Assembly (NCBI RefSeq): GCF_030028105.1
Contig: NC_092387.1
Location: 58,995,299 to 59,059,298, forward strand
From: Mobula birostris
Lineage: Eukaryota
Direction: 5' to 3'
DNA: 64,000 nt
This document shows, one piece after another, positions 1 to 12,819 of the stretch; positions within the stretch are counted from its first letter, which is position 1; the number at the start of each line of letters is the position of its first letter. The notes beneath the pieces are model-generated. The model searched no databases. It had not been told where the DNA came from and saw nothing but the letters and a program-made list of their open reading frames with translations. The translations under genes and the position numbers were made by a program.

Positions 1-239
1 CAGGACAAGCTGCCAGGCCTCAAAGGATCACATACCAGCGACCTCCCGAGTGGACTTCAGACTCATAGACCAAGGGCACTGGTCATTAGTCTTTGACTTT
101 CAGAGATCCGATCAACTTTCCCGCTTCAATCTACGGTATCAACCCCAATGATGGAATCCCGAACTCCAGGTGGGGAACTTCATGACAAGAACGCCCATTG
201 AACAACCGCAGGTGATCACATTCTGTAGTTGGAGGTAGC

Positions 240-465
240 CTAAATGTTATTAGCCTGAATGGTGTCCAGCTCTTGCTGCGTGCACGCGCGGGCTGCTTCA
301 CTTGCTGAGGAGCGGCGAACTCTAAACATTCTGAAATTATCTGCAGGCATCCCCACCCCTGACCTTATAATGGAAGGAAAGTCATTGATGAAGCAGCTGA
401 TGATAGTCAGGTCCAGGACATTGCCCAGAGGAACTCCTGCAGTGACGTCTTGGAACTCAAATTAA
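240..465 (-). mobile_element. Old non-LTR reverse transcriptase fragment
   Basis: Minus strand reads DVTAGVPLGNVLDLTIISCFINDFPSIIRSGVGMPADN, a decayed GVPQGSVLGP...FINDL...FADD. Confidence 0.6.
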
Positions 466-1689
466 TGATGTCCAAAAAACACAAAACACAATAAACTTCC
501 TATCCCTTAAGTGTTTTCCCATCAAAGCCTATTGATGTAACTATAAATAAATGAATACATAATTTGAAGGGATTTTGTTTTGAGAGGAACTCAGCTGTTG
601 TTGACAGCAAAATAACATCACGTGCCGAGGCACAAGTGGACCTTAGGTGCACAAAGTAAATCTACCATATACATGTCACCATATACAACCCTGAGATTCA
701 TTTTCTTGTGGGCATACTCAATAAATCCATAATAGAATCAATGAAAGACAGATTGCACAAACTCCGGATAAATCCCGAGGGAATTAACATGTTTTTCTCA
801 AAAAATATTTATGTCCAATTTTAATTCTTGCTTGGAAACACCAGCTCTTGCCGGGCTGGAGAATTTTTTCCCAACTTAAAATGAGTTAGACAATATTTAG
901 ATGTTAAAAAAACAAGGAAAGTTGGTAATCTCATAAAATCAATAATGGCAAATGCTGTATTACTAAATGAAGATTTTAGAATGTGGTCCTAATATAGTCA
1001 GAGTCTGAGTTACATAAGGGTTCTGATCCTGTCCCATAAATTGACCTCCTTAACTCAGAAATGCCTATTTTCTATAGCTTCCCATTTCACATCTCTCTAC
1101 ACACACTTGCTATAATCCTTTAATTTTACTGAATAATTACCTACAATTAAACTAATGGTATACTGTATCCCATCATTAATGAATACTGTGAAACAATATT
1201 ATTACTAGATTGAAAAATACAGTAAAAAATGTTTAGGGACAATATATTTATAAGCTAGAGATCCCCAGTGCTGGTCAGATTGTTTCACACCAGGGAGCCT
1301 GATGCTTACTTCCTTGTCTTAATCCCTGACCTTCCCAATACACTTGCAGAGAAATGAACTCCAATGAATTCCACAAACTGATACTTAGGCCAGCACAACA
1401 CACCTAGGCACCTAGGCATATCTGCTGAGTCGGACTCAAACACATCTGGGATTATCCAGATTCCCTTCTTTACTGAAACAAATTCACCAATGTATGTATA
1501 TGATTCCACACCCAACTGGACATAACTGAATATAAGTCACGGCCAGACACCCCAATCACAGCGGTGCACCTGGGTCAGTCCTCCAACACATACCGATGCT
1601 CCTCACTGATACAGTACACCTACAGTAGGTACACAGACCACCCCTTCCTGGACTTACCTGAATTCATGGGTCACATCTTCCTGGACATG

Positions 1690-2060
1690 GCTGGGTAGGC
1701 AGAAAACACCTTCCCAGACACACCTGAGTATGTAGATAACATCTTCCCCAAGCACACATCATAAGGGGGTCGCACCTTCCCCAGACACACCTGGTATGAG
1801 GATAGCACCTTCCCCAGATACACCTGGTACAAGGGTCGCACCTTCCCCAGACACACCTGGTACGAGGGTCGCACCTTCCTCAGACACACCTGGTACGAGG
1901 GTCGCACCTTCCCCAGACACACCTGGTACGAGGGTCACACCTTCCCCAGACACACCTGGGTACGCGTGTCACCCCCATCCCAAAACATAGCTGTGCACAC
2001 AACACTTATCCCGGACACAGGAGTACACGAGTCTCCCTTCCCCAGACACAGCCGGTACAA
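1690..2060. repeat. 33-bp minisatellite
   Basis: Unit GGGTCGCACCTTCCCCAGACACACCTGGTACGA. About 6 well-conserved copies at 1766-1960, with decayed copies on both sides. Confidence 0.92.
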
Positions 2061-2114
2061 AAATAACACTCTCCAATGACACCCCACTCCCCGGTCACCT
2101 TCCCCCACCGTTAC

Positions 2115-2193
2115 CGATATTGTCATCTTTCGGCTCCTGCAACAATGCCTCTTCGGCTCCATCTTCCGCAGTAGCCACCGCCTTGTACCTCAT
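2115..2193 (-). CDS. Probable first coding exon of an unidentified gene (MRYKAVATAEDGAEEALLQEPKDDNI...)
   Basis: GCGGC-ATG start in a CpG island, 26 codons plus 1 nt, then CG|GTAACG donor. An alternative AG|GTGACC donor would end the exon at 2099. No downstream exon found in 1-2100. Confidence 0.55.
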
Positions 2194-2480
2194 GCCGCTA
2201 AGCACCCGCCCCCGACTGGGGCTGCAGGCGGCGTTCACCCGCTACCGAACCGCCCATCCAGGTGCTCAGCGTTCGGCGTCGGTATCGGCACCGCCGCCTC
2301 CGCCCCACATTGTGACCCGCCCGCCCGGCGTTACCATAGCATTGGCGACAAAGGCCACCCCACGTCACGACACCGCCCAGCTATTCCCAAACTGAACTGT
2401 CACTATTCGGCTCATTGTGTTGTTCTTTCAAGAAGCATCCAACAAGCAGGAAATCGGATCCGAGCTCCCTACGTTGAAAT
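2194..2480 (-). promoter_or_regulatory. CpG-island promoter/5'UTR of the unidentified gene
   Basis: High CpG density, GC boxes (CCGCCCC ~2206 and ~2300), RFX X-box-like GTTACCATAGCAT (2330-2342), CACGTCA CRE/E-box (2361-2367). Confidence 0.6.
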
Positions 2481-2549
2481 AGCGCATGGGAACGTCTGCA
2501 ATAACCTGGGAGTAGACAGATTTACGGTTTAACCACATTCGGACGACGT

Positions 2550-3663
2550 TTCCCAATGATTTTCAGAAGGCATTTGATAAGGTGCCACACATGAGGCTGC
2601 TTAACTAGATAGAATCCTATGGCGTTACAGGAAAGATACAGTACTGGAATATTTAGAGGAATGGCTGACAGCCAGGACCGGGAGGCACTGATTGGGGATA
2701 AAGGGGGCCTTTTCTGATGGACTGCCAATGACTAGAGGTATTCCTCAGGGGGTCAGTATTGGGACCGCTACTTTTCACGTTGTTTGTCAATGATTTGGGT
2801 AAGGGAATTGATAATAGATCAGGCATTGTGGCAAACTTTGCGGATGATACAAAGATAGGTGGAGGGGTAGGTAGTGCTGAGGGAGCAATGAATTTGCAGC
2901 AGGACTTTTTGGAAGAATGGGTAAAAAAAAGTGGCAGATGGAATACAGTGTTGGGAAATGTGTGATAATGCATTCTGGTAAAAGGAACAATAGTCTAAAT
3001 GGGGAGGTGGTTCAAACATCAGAGGTGCAGAGGGACATTTGAGTCCTCGTGCAAGACTCCCAGAAGGTTAATTTACGGATTGAGTCTGTGGTAAAGGCGG
3101 CAAATGTAATGTTGGCATTTAATTCAAGTGGAATAGAATAAAAAAGCAAGGAGATAATGATGAGGCTTTGTGAGACATTAATCAGGCCACACAGAGTATT
3201 ATCAACAGTTTTGGGCCCCTTATCTCAGAAAAGATGTGTTGTCATTGGAGAGTATCCAAAGATTCATGAGAATGAAAGGGTTAACATGAGCTTTGGCAGC
3301 TTTGTGCCTGTACTCACTGGAATTTTAAAAGAATGTCGGGATCACATGGAAAGCTGCCAAATATTGAAATGACTAGATAGGGTGAATGTGGAGAGGATGT
3401 TTCCTATGGTGGGCACAGCCTCAAAACTGAGGGGCAACCTTTCAGAACAGAGGTAAGGATTTTTTTTAAAGCCAGAGAGTAGGGAATCTGTGGAATGCTC
3501 TGCCACAGACTGCAGTGGAGGCCAAGTCCGTGGAAGGCGGAAGTTGATAGTTCCCTGATTGCTAAGGGCATCAAAGGATATGGGGTTGAGTGGGATCCAG
3601 CATCAGCCATGATCGAATGATGGAGCAGACTCGATGGGCTGAATGGCCAATGCTGTTCCTATG
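2550..3663 (+). mobile_element. Degraded CR1-type LINE, RT to 3' end
   Basis: DFQKAFDK, GPLLFTLFVNDL and FADDTKIGG motifs broken by frameshifts. CR1 3'UTR (ggctgaatggcc). Confidence 0.88.
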
Positions 3664-4219
3664 GACAGTGCAGCATTCCCCTCCTTTTGCACCGGAATGT
3701 CAGTGTGCATCTTACAGCTCTTGTCCCTGCAAGCTTAATCTATCTTGGTTTTGGTGCCACAATTGCTCCTCCAGCAGAGTGAGTGTGAATGGCATTGCTC
3801 AAGATTTCCAGCATCCACAGAATCTCTTATGTGATCCTGTGTGTGCACACTTTTATGTCTGTATATGCAGATGTGGTCTTTACACTCATCCCCTGATCCA
3901 CTTCCACCATTTTCTCTGGTTTCCCCTTGCATCTCAGGGTTGTTGATGGACAGGCGAGAGTAAATAGCAAAGATGCAGGAAAATGGAGGGAATTGACCAA
4001 ATGGCCCCATATTGTGGTGCGGCAAGTAGATGGAATGGAAGTACATAACAGAAGCAGAAACAAGAGAAAACCTACAGATGCTGGAAATCCAAGCAACATA
4101 CACAAGATGCTGGAGAAACTCAGGCCAGGCAGCACCTATGGAAAAAAAGTACAGTCGACATCTTGGCCCAAAAAGATAGATGCTGCCAGACCTGTTGAGT
4201 GCCCCAACATTTTCTGTTA

Positions 4220-4545
4220 CATAGAAGCAGAATTAAGTCATTCAACCCATCAACACCATCACCATTCCATCATGGCTGATTTATTTTCCCTCAACCCCAT
4301 TCTCCTGCCTTCTCCCTGTTATCTTTGACACCCTTATTAATCAAGATCCTATCAACCTCCATTTTAAATATACCAAATGACTTGGCCTCCACAACCATCA
4401 GTGGCAATGAATCCACAGATTCATGACTCTCTGGGTACAGAAATTCTTCCTCATCTCTCTTCTAAAGGGACTTTCTTCTGTTCTTAGGCTGAATTCTCTG
4501 ATCCTAGACTCTCCCACTATTGAAACTAAACTCTTCATATCTACT
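4220..4545 (-). mobile_element. CR1 3'-end fragment
   Basis: Reverse complement of the CR1 ORF2 C-terminus and 3'UTR seen at 17340-17658. Confidence 0.75.
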
Positions 4546-6612
4546 TTCAGCATTGGGAACATTCTTCCTCTCTGACCAGATAACCTGATCTCTCAATCTT
4601 TGTTCTTTGCCAACTGTGCACAGCAAAGCATTCATCAGTGAAACATTTTTAAGGTAAAATGTGCTCTGGAGCTTTTCATCAGATATATTCTTATGTGAAA
4701 GCCACAATGGTTTTGGAAAACAAGTGAGCTTAAGCAAAGCTTGTTCACGTTTACTCTTCAGAATGACAGTGGCTTTGCTTTGTCTTCCCAATATTTTCGG
4801 TTTAACATCTCTAACATTTTTCAGCTGTTTATTTTAAGTGCACATTAACTGAGTTAACATTTGCTCTTAATATACCTTTTCATACTCAGTCTTGATATAA
4901 AAAAATCATTACATATTTTATTGTAATCTGTGCAAGAACATAAGCATTCTTTCCTCTATCATCAATCACATTTATCCCACTCTTTATGTAGGAACCCAAA
5001 AATAATCAAACATACTTTGTTACAGTACAAATGATCATTCCAAACTATAACGATCACTAAATAATTCATAAATAAAATACAAAGGTTAAATAGCAAAGAA
5101 AAATTCTGATGCAATTAACACATCTATATTACAATACATGTGATAACTACAAACCAATTCAATTCAATCTATGGTCAGTCCACATTGACGTCAGTCCCTT
5201 CAGGCACATGGCATAAATATGGAGGAAATGACAGTAGCCAGATCTGGAACCCAAATCCATGGATCATGTCCACTTTGTTTCAAGAGGCTAAAAGGTAAAC
5301 AAGTTTGATCATCCTTTTGATTCCTATCTTCAAGAATTTTTTTTTATTCAATCGGAGGTTGAGGAGAATCTTATGCATTCCCAAGATGCTGAGAGTAGGT
5401 TTAGTAGTGGATGGTTTTGTGTGGCAACAAGTTGGTGTAGATCTGGAATCTCAGACAAGTTCAGCATGACAGGTTTCCATTCGTTAATCAGTTGGACTTT
5501 GAAGAGACAAAACATTTTGGCCATTTTAACTGATGGCAATTTTTAATTTAGTTATTTTGTCTGGACGATTACTTTAGATCATGGTCATTATACTACCACA
5601 TTGGGAATAAACTAGACATAGTTCAGGAGTCCCAGTGTTTTATGACCCATGGAGAGCTTGTGATGCGCAAACACAATTATGAAAAAGAAAACAGTCAATT
5701 TACATACATCAAGTTTCCACAAGTTAGTAATGTGGTTACAATGTGGGGGATAAAAAATGGTCCATGCATTCTCTTGCATACATACAAACACTTGAACGAG
5801 GAAGCCCCTTCAAGCCTCTTAACGCCCACAGATTGATAGAATGCCCTCCTGTTGACACACTGTACTTCCGTGCCAACAAGTTCTTGCAAGAAAGCATAAT
5901 GTACTGTATCAACCAAAAGGATTCCAGAATCCAGGATTCTGGTTCTAATCACAGAAGCAGCACTTTGGTCAGAACCCCCACTCCTACTTAAGGTTGATTA
6001 TTGACATGAAACACTGACCTTGCTTTTCACTCCACAGATACTTGCCGACTGACCAACTATCCCATTTTCTTTTTATGTGACACTTCTGCTTTTTTTTTGT
6101 GTTATTTCACATTTCGGTTATTACAAATTTAGTAGCATCAGCTCACTCAATACAAGGCTGGAATACTACATTATGCCAGCCTTTAAATAGCAACACGCCA
6201 GTTGTTAATGGACGACAGACAATACAAATATTTTATACTTTTCTACTATGTACAGCTTCGTGAAAACATTGCTTCCTCTCTCGTCTTGTTTTCAGTCGGT
6301 ACAGAGAAGTTGCATATTGCGGAAGCCCAACATGTTTCAGATCTGAGGTAAACACTCATTATATAAATACTATTAGGGAATGTAGTGCAAGACAGTGTCC
6401 CTTCAATGTCATTTAATTAGGTACATCTATGCAATGGTCACCCAAAGAATAGCTCTGATGCTATCAACAAGCTGAAAAGCTATACGTACCGGGTTGAAAG
6501 TGTTTAAAAAACAAACATTTACACAATGTGGGCATCAATAACAAGTGATTTCCTTATTCACTCATGACCAACCAACAACCAGCTGAAAAACTAAATACTA
6601 GTTTGGCAGTGT

Positions 6613-6618
6613 TTTATT
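6613..6618 (-). terminator. Candidate MPI polyadenylation signal (AATAAA)
   Basis: tttatt on the plus strand about 1.15 kb downstream of the MPI stop. Other candidates exist near 4828 and 4917, so usage is unknown. Confidence 0.3.
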
Positions 6619-7760
6619 TTAAATTAGCACAATGTGGGCCCTATTGGCAAATTATTTCCTTATTCACTGATGATTGAGCAACAACTACAGTCATGTCCCT
6701 TTGTGTTAAATGAGACTTACCTCATCCACACCCACACATGCCCAGCTTCTAAGTTAATTGAGCTAAACTTTGTCAGGTGCTTCTCTGATTTCAATTGCAA
6801 TGCCACTCTCAGCTCTGGGATTCACCTCTTCTCCCTCCCTATATCTCGATCAAGTTCTAAGCAGGGTCTAGAGCAGAGTGGCTTTGGCAAAGCCTAAACT
6901 GGGGTATAATTAAGAAGGTTCTTGATGAGAAACCAAAATTATATCGAAGACTGTACCATCCATCACCAAAGCTAGACTGATGAGCAGTAATTAGCCTGAC
7001 GGTGCACAAGAGATTGTATAGATGCTGGAAAACCAGAGCAACACACACAAGATACTGGAGCAACTCAGCAGGTCAAACAGCATCTGTGGTGGGGAATAAA
7101 CAGTCAACGTTTCAGGCTGAGACCCTTCATTCCGCCAGCATTTTGTGTGCATTGCATTGGTCTGATGGGACGTGCCCTACATTTGTGGAAAGGAGCCAGA
7201 CAACGACCTAAAGCTTGGTCTGTACTAAAGGTACATCAGTACATGAACAACCTGCTAAAGAACATCTCCAGTGTTGCCCAACAATAATGCAAAAACTTTG
7301 GCACCAGAACCCAAAGCTGCAAAGTTCATTGTTCAAAGTTCAAAGCTGCAAACTTGCTTTCCACTACCCAGAAGCTGGCCATTTGAGGTTTATGGGGAAG
7401 TTATAGGAATCAAACGTATATATGTGATATATTGATAATGACTTCTTAAGGAACACAGGAAGTTCTTGGAGCCAAGGAGCAAGAGCTAAACAGTTCAGAA
7501 CTGAAATTTGTTAATATTGTGCTACAAAGCTCATGCACATAAAACTGAAATGAAACAACAATCAGTAAAGGGATCAAATGGATAGTTTTACAGAAAATTG
7601 GCTAAGAGTCAATTAAAAGGGGGCAAAGTTCTGAATCTTGCAGAACACTGGCAAAAAGCTCATTTTTAAGAAAGGGCCATAACAATGCATCCCACATCCT
7701 ATAGTGCCACTATTTTTAATTTCTTTACAATCCTAAGGACACAAAGTAAAAGTTGAAATG

Positions 7761-7973
7761 TTACAGCACACAGCAAGCTCTGAAAAGCAGCATTCCATCC
7801 GTTGAGTTGATGCACAGGTCTACTTTCTCGTTGGCTGCGATGAACAGCACAGAGCCTCGTCGGACGTTTATCTGGGATGGGTTAGCAATGGCTGAGGCTT
7901 CTCCCCTGATCACAAGCAGGATACTTGCAGAATCAATGGAAGAGATCGTGTATTGTTTCACCGAACTCGGAAC
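7761..7973 (-). CDS. MPI: MPI exon 8 (last coding exon, TAA stop)
   Basis: cag acceptor. VPSSVKQYTISSIDSASILLV...RGSVLFIAANEKV...LLFRACCVL* resembles the vertebrate MPI C-terminus. The eight exons sum to 1263 nt (420 aa plus stop). Confidence 0.96.
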   Translation of the reverse strand, partial: VPSSVKQYTISSIDSASILLVIRGEASAIANPSQINVRRGSVLFIAANEKVDLCINSTDGMLLFRACCVL

Positions 7974-8404
7974 CTGAGTTAGAGAGATTTTAGTTTAGTT
8001 TGTAAGCTTTTCAATTGACAAGAACTTAATAGATTCTGCTGTCCCTTCATTATATGCTTTTTGAAAGCATACGATTTGTTCAGATCACACCTATCATTGT
8101 GCATATTACTGGCCACTAACATAGAACACAGAACAATGCGGCACAAGAACTGCCCACATTGTTGTGCTGAACTAATTAATTCATAATCGAATACCCAATT
8201 AAATTAATCCCTTCTGCCTACACAAAGTCCACATCCTTCCATTCTCCGCACAATCATGTGCCTATCTTAGAGCCTCTTCAACACCTCTGTCATATTGGCC
8301 TCCACTATCACTCTGACAGCACACTCCAGACACTCACTTCCCCTCACTTTAATTGCATGCCCTCTGATATTGCGTCAAAAAATAAACATAAGATACAACT
8401 AGGG

Positions 8405-9358
8405 ATGGAGCAGAGGAGATTCACCAGGATCCAGTGGTTGCGACTGGAGATGAAGCTCATGGCTCTGCAATCCATAAGGCCTTGCACAAAAACGGTATTT
8501 ATTGAAGAGTGGCAACAAGGAAGAAGCCCTGGCTAAGCAAAAAAGCATATCCTTGTCCATAAAGACTATGAAAATCATCATTTAGAAGATACTATAAAGA
8601 TGTCTTTGGAAGGAGATGGAAGATCTTGTCGTTGGATGAGACTAAAGTGGAACTTTTTGGCGTCAACACTAAGCTGTATGTGTAGCACTGTGTTAGATTT
8701 ACGCATCAGCCAGGTAACACCATCCCTACTGTAAAGTATGGTGGAGGTATAGGGATGCCTTTCAGCAGCAGCGACTCTAAATCTGGTCTGGATTGATGGG
8801 AAGATGAATACTGCTGAATACAGAGAGATCCTGGATAAAAACCTGCTAGCCTCTGCCACAAAGCTTAAACTGGGGAGGAAGTTCATTCTTCAGCAGCGTA
8901 ACAACCCAAAATATACTGCCAGAACAATCATGGAGCGGCTTCAAATTAAGAAAAATTATGTCCTTGAGTGACTCAGTGTCTTGACCTTAATCTGATTGAA
9001 CATCTCTGGCAATAACTCAAGATTGCTGTCCACTGCCACTCCCGAACTAACCTGGCACAGCAAGGAGAATGGGCAAATCTTGCCCCATCACGTTGTACAA
9101 AGCTAATAGAGACTTATCCAAAAAGACTGCTGTCTGTAAAATCTATGAGAGATGGTTCAACTAAGTACTGAGCAAAGGAGGAAGAATACTTTGAACTGCT
9201 GACATTTCAGTTTTTGAATATTTAGGTTTTCATACTTTTCAATTTCCCTATATTTTCGGCCTCTACTGTGAAAAATGGAGCACTCTCGGTTAAATTGATC
9301 AAATACTCATCTATGTGAGCAAAAGGATGGAGGCTGAATATTTTTTCAAGGTACTGTA
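8405..9358 (+). mobile_element. Tc1/mariner DNA transposon relic
   Basis: Decayed transposase motifs DETKVELFG, PTVKYGGG, IDGKMNTAEYREIL, FILQQRNNPKYT, DLNLIEHLW. 3' end ggctgaata...actg followed by TA. Confidence 0.85.
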
Positions 9359-9489
9359 CATTGAAATATACAGTGAAATGAGTCTTTTTGTGTCAGTGTC
9401 CACAGTCCAAACAGGTGCTTGGGTCAGCCCACAAGTGTCCCCATGCTTCCAGTGCCAACACAGCATGCTCACAATTTACTAACCCTAAT

Positions 9490-9657
9490 CCATACATCTT
9501 TGGAATGTGGGAGTAAACCAAAGCACCCGGAGGAAACCCACATGGTCACAGGGAGAACATTCAAATTCCTTAGAGATAGCAGTGGGAATCAAACCTCTGT
9601 TAGTGACCGCTGACATTGTCAAGCGTCTTGCTAACTGCTACACTGCCATGTCGCCCT
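9490..9657 (-). mobile_element. tRNA-derived V-SINE (HE1-like)
   Basis: tRNA-like A/B-box head followed by the V-domain tgttctccctgtgaccatgtgggtttcctccgggtgc. Confidence 0.7.
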
Positions 9658-10777
9658 CGGGGATATAGATTTAGGTTGAGGCAAGAGGGGATCTGAGGGA
9701 GACCTTTTCACCCAGAGAGTAGAATCTAACTACAAGACTACCCTACTGGAGAGTAGAAGCAGAGCTGCAAACAGCATGAAGAAATATTTAGGCAAGCACC
9801 TAAAGTGTCTAGGTGTAAAAAGCTATGGGCCAAGTATAGTAAAATGGGATTAACATGAGTGGGTGCCTACTTGTTAGCATGATGTGGTGAGCTGAATGGC
9901 CTGTTTTTGTGCTGTGTTGTGTTGTGCCCCCTGGAAAAGAGGCAATAAGAATACCAAAGAAAAATAAAGGAACTGCATCATTAAAGTTTGTGGAGATTAT
10001 TTGAACATAAAACATTACAGCACAATACAGGCCCTTCAGCCCACAACCTATTCCAAGATCAATCTAACCCTTTCTTCCCACATAGCCCTCCGTTTTTCTA
10101 TCATTCATGTGCCTAAGAATTTCCTAAATGCCCCTAATATATCTGTCTCTATCACCATGTTCCACGCACTCACCACCGTTTTAAAAAAAGGTCTAAAATC
10201 TCCATTTTCCTTCGAGAAAAGGCAACCTAGCAGTAAATCAATTTAAAATTTAAGGACTACCACTGTTAATGTCCAAAAGATGTATTGCCTAAATGTCCAA
10301 AAAAAGACACAAATCATCGATACAATTTGGAAAGAAAATTGTTTTAGCCAGATAATGCAAAATTCATTACTGAATAATGTGGTTGATGGAGTTGCACAGA
10401 TGCATTTAAAAGGAAGTTATGTACATAAAAAAGTTGAGTAGTAAATAGAATACACAACCACCAATACAGACCTGTCAGTTTCATGTTCATGTTTTGCTGC
10501 TGAAATTTTGGCATTAATATTTCATCTGTCATTTCACAATCACCTTATATAGCCCATCATCGTAAAGATTAAAATCTGGTCTGCCTGGAGGGCAAATTTA
10601 GGCATGTTATAAATTTCCATATTGTTGGTGTCAATTTCTTTAACTCACATTTGTTTAGGCATCAAGAGAATGGAAACTGGTTCAGTACACTATCAGATTG
10701 GTATGCCAATATGCCCTGGGAAACAGTAGCAAAGAGATAAAGTATTAGTGGAGTCCAGTCAAAATCGCAAAACGTAC

Positions 10778-10986
10778 CTCTATTTTTATTACTGTGAAAT
10801 CAGGCACTGGAGGATCGTACATGAAAACCCTTGGGTCACAGGGATCCTGGGCAAACGGGAAGGTTTTTTCACTTGCCGGTGCAGGTACGTAGTTCAGCAT
10901 TTCGCAAAGGGTGTGAACATCAATGAATTTTGGAGTAAGGCCAGCTCGCACTGTATTATCAGAACATGCCATACATTCTATGCAAT
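10778..10986 (-). CDS. MPI: MPI exon 7
   Basis: cag acceptor, GTACGT donor, 209 nt. [24 protein letters not shown]...[14 protein letters not shown] carries the second PMI signature with the active-site Arg. Confidence 0.97.
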
Positions 10987-11614
10987 CTGGAACAAATGAA
11001 AAAGTTAATTAGCACTTTTCAGCTATTTCACACAATATCACTAAGTTTCTTAAGAGCAACCAAAAATAGACTGCAGACTCATAAGAAAATTAGAAAGGAC
11101 CTCAATATTATAGTGTGTAGAACAGCACAGTATAGGCCCTTCAGCTCATGATACACCAACCTTTTTACCTACTCTAAAATCAATCAAACCCTTCCCTCCC
11201 ACATCGCCCTCCATTTTCCTATCATCCATGTGCCTAAGAGTTTCTTAAATGCCCCTAATGTATCTGCCTCTACCACCATCCCTGACAGGGCATTCCACTC
11301 ACTCACCACTCTCTGTGTAAGGACTTAACTGAAATCCTCCTTATCTTGCCTCCAATCACCTAAAAATTATGAATCTTTGAATTATCCTGTTCCATCCTGG
11401 GAATAAGTCTCTGGTTATCCACTATATATGCCTCTGATCAAGTCTATGATAAGCTCATTCCATATGCTCACCAAACTCTGCATGCAAAAGTTTCCCCCCA
11501 GGTCCCTTTTAAATACGTTAAAAATTCCTACAGTGCAGTTATAAATAACAGGTACAACCTAACCATTACACTGAATTCACATGTTACTTAGCATTTCTAC
11601 CTTTTGGATCTCAC

Positions 11615-11788
11615 CTCCATAAAGATAAGCGTGGGGTTCATTAGCTCCCAGAAACATGGCTTCCCCAGGTTGCAGCTTCACGAGATTCAAAAAGTAGATG
11701 ACAAAACATCCAACGTCACCTGGAAATTGGGAATGTAACCGCAGCAACAGCTCGCCATTACTTCCTGCTGTGTCCTTACCTGCAGCAG
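11615..11788 (-). CDS. MPI: MPI exon 6
   Basis: cag acceptor, GTGAGA donor, 174 nt. [29 protein letters not shown]...[20 protein letters not shown] contains the Zn-ligand His of PHAY. Confidence 0.96.
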
Positions 11789-12159
11789 CTGCACAACAGA
11801 AGACTCTTGTTACTGCCAAAGTTGGCTTGCAATATATTAGAACATAGAGTAGGGTACAAAGCATCAAAAGTGCCAGCACTAGTATCCCAAACCAATGTAA
11901 TTGAAGGATCATATTTCAGCTGGCAATATCCTGTCAATAATCTTATTGTAGCTTGTGGGATCTTGCCATGTTTGCATTTGTGCTTGTGACATTGACAACA
12001 GCTCCAACTTAAGATATATGCAAATATTTACTTCAGAGTTCCATATGTTGACAAACTTGCTTATAAGGATCCAAGAAATATTTCATTGCACATTAGTTAA
12101 GTGCAAACTAATTTACATTTGCCTTCAACATAGCTCTGCTGTCTGTTAGTAGCACAAAC

Positions 12160-12339
12160 CTTCTTCCGACACCCTCTTCACCAACACGTTCAGCTGATCA
12201 ACAAATGTCTTCTTTTCACAGTTCATCATTCTAGTAAAGCATTTCTTCAAAGCATCAGATACCCGGTGTGGTTCACCGGGGCTGTTTTCAAGCACTTCCG
12301 CAGCTTCATTGCCGATCACTGCATGAAATTCTGGGACAT
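12160..12339 (-). CDS. MPI: MPI exon 5
   Basis: cag acceptor, GTTTGT donor, 180 nt, phase 1-1. NVPEFHAVIGNEAAEVL...CFTRMMNCEKKTFVDQLNVLVKRVSEE. Confidence 0.93.
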
Positions 12340-12819
12340 CTGCAACAAGTGTTTTAGAGATAAAAATAACAATGAAAATTAGATACCGGTTGAAGAATGC
12401 TGGGGTTAAAGAATAGAATTAATTTTCAGTCTGATTTGAAAGCGGATATGCCATTGACTTTGGAAAATTTAAAAACAGGTATTTTCCTTTTACCATTCAG
12501 TTCTCAGATCAACTGGCTAAACTCTAAACAATACAGTTTAGCAACACTATGACCACATTGCACTAAGATGAACTTATTTTTTTGTTCTAATTGCACTTTA
12601 TTATAAGTTTTGTTTTTCTTGTGAATTCTGCTTATATGGTGCTATGTGCCTGTGAGAGTGCTTTTAAGTATTTTTTTCCATTGAAGCTGTGCATACATGT
12701 GCTTGTACACATGACAATTAACTCAACTGTGACTGACAGTAAAAACAGATTTCAATGTTTCTTCTTTTGTTCATCTCAAAGCAGTTCACAGCCATCCAAT
12801 TACTTAAGGATACACATGT

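Noticed and set aside
1671-1990. Repetitive ORFs on both strands; superficially CRISPR-like array
   Set aside because: Head-to-tail 33-bp units with no unique spacers and no cas genes, in eukaryotic context. The ORFs result from a unit length divisible by 3.
4560-7700. Additional gene (e.g. FAM219B) between MPI and the left-hand promoter
   Set aside because: No recognisable coding exon on either strand. AT-rich sequence consistent with 3'UTR or intergenic DNA.
9580-9657. tRNA genes at SINE heads (also ~25850, 30440, 37820)
   Set aside because: Only decayed A/B boxes, no cloverleaf, and directly fused to V-SINE bodies.
11789-11912. Hydrophobic signal-peptide-like N-terminus of ORF 11577..11912
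   Set aside because: Intronic sequence upstream of the exon 6 acceptor; the normal MPI exon chain accounts for the locus.
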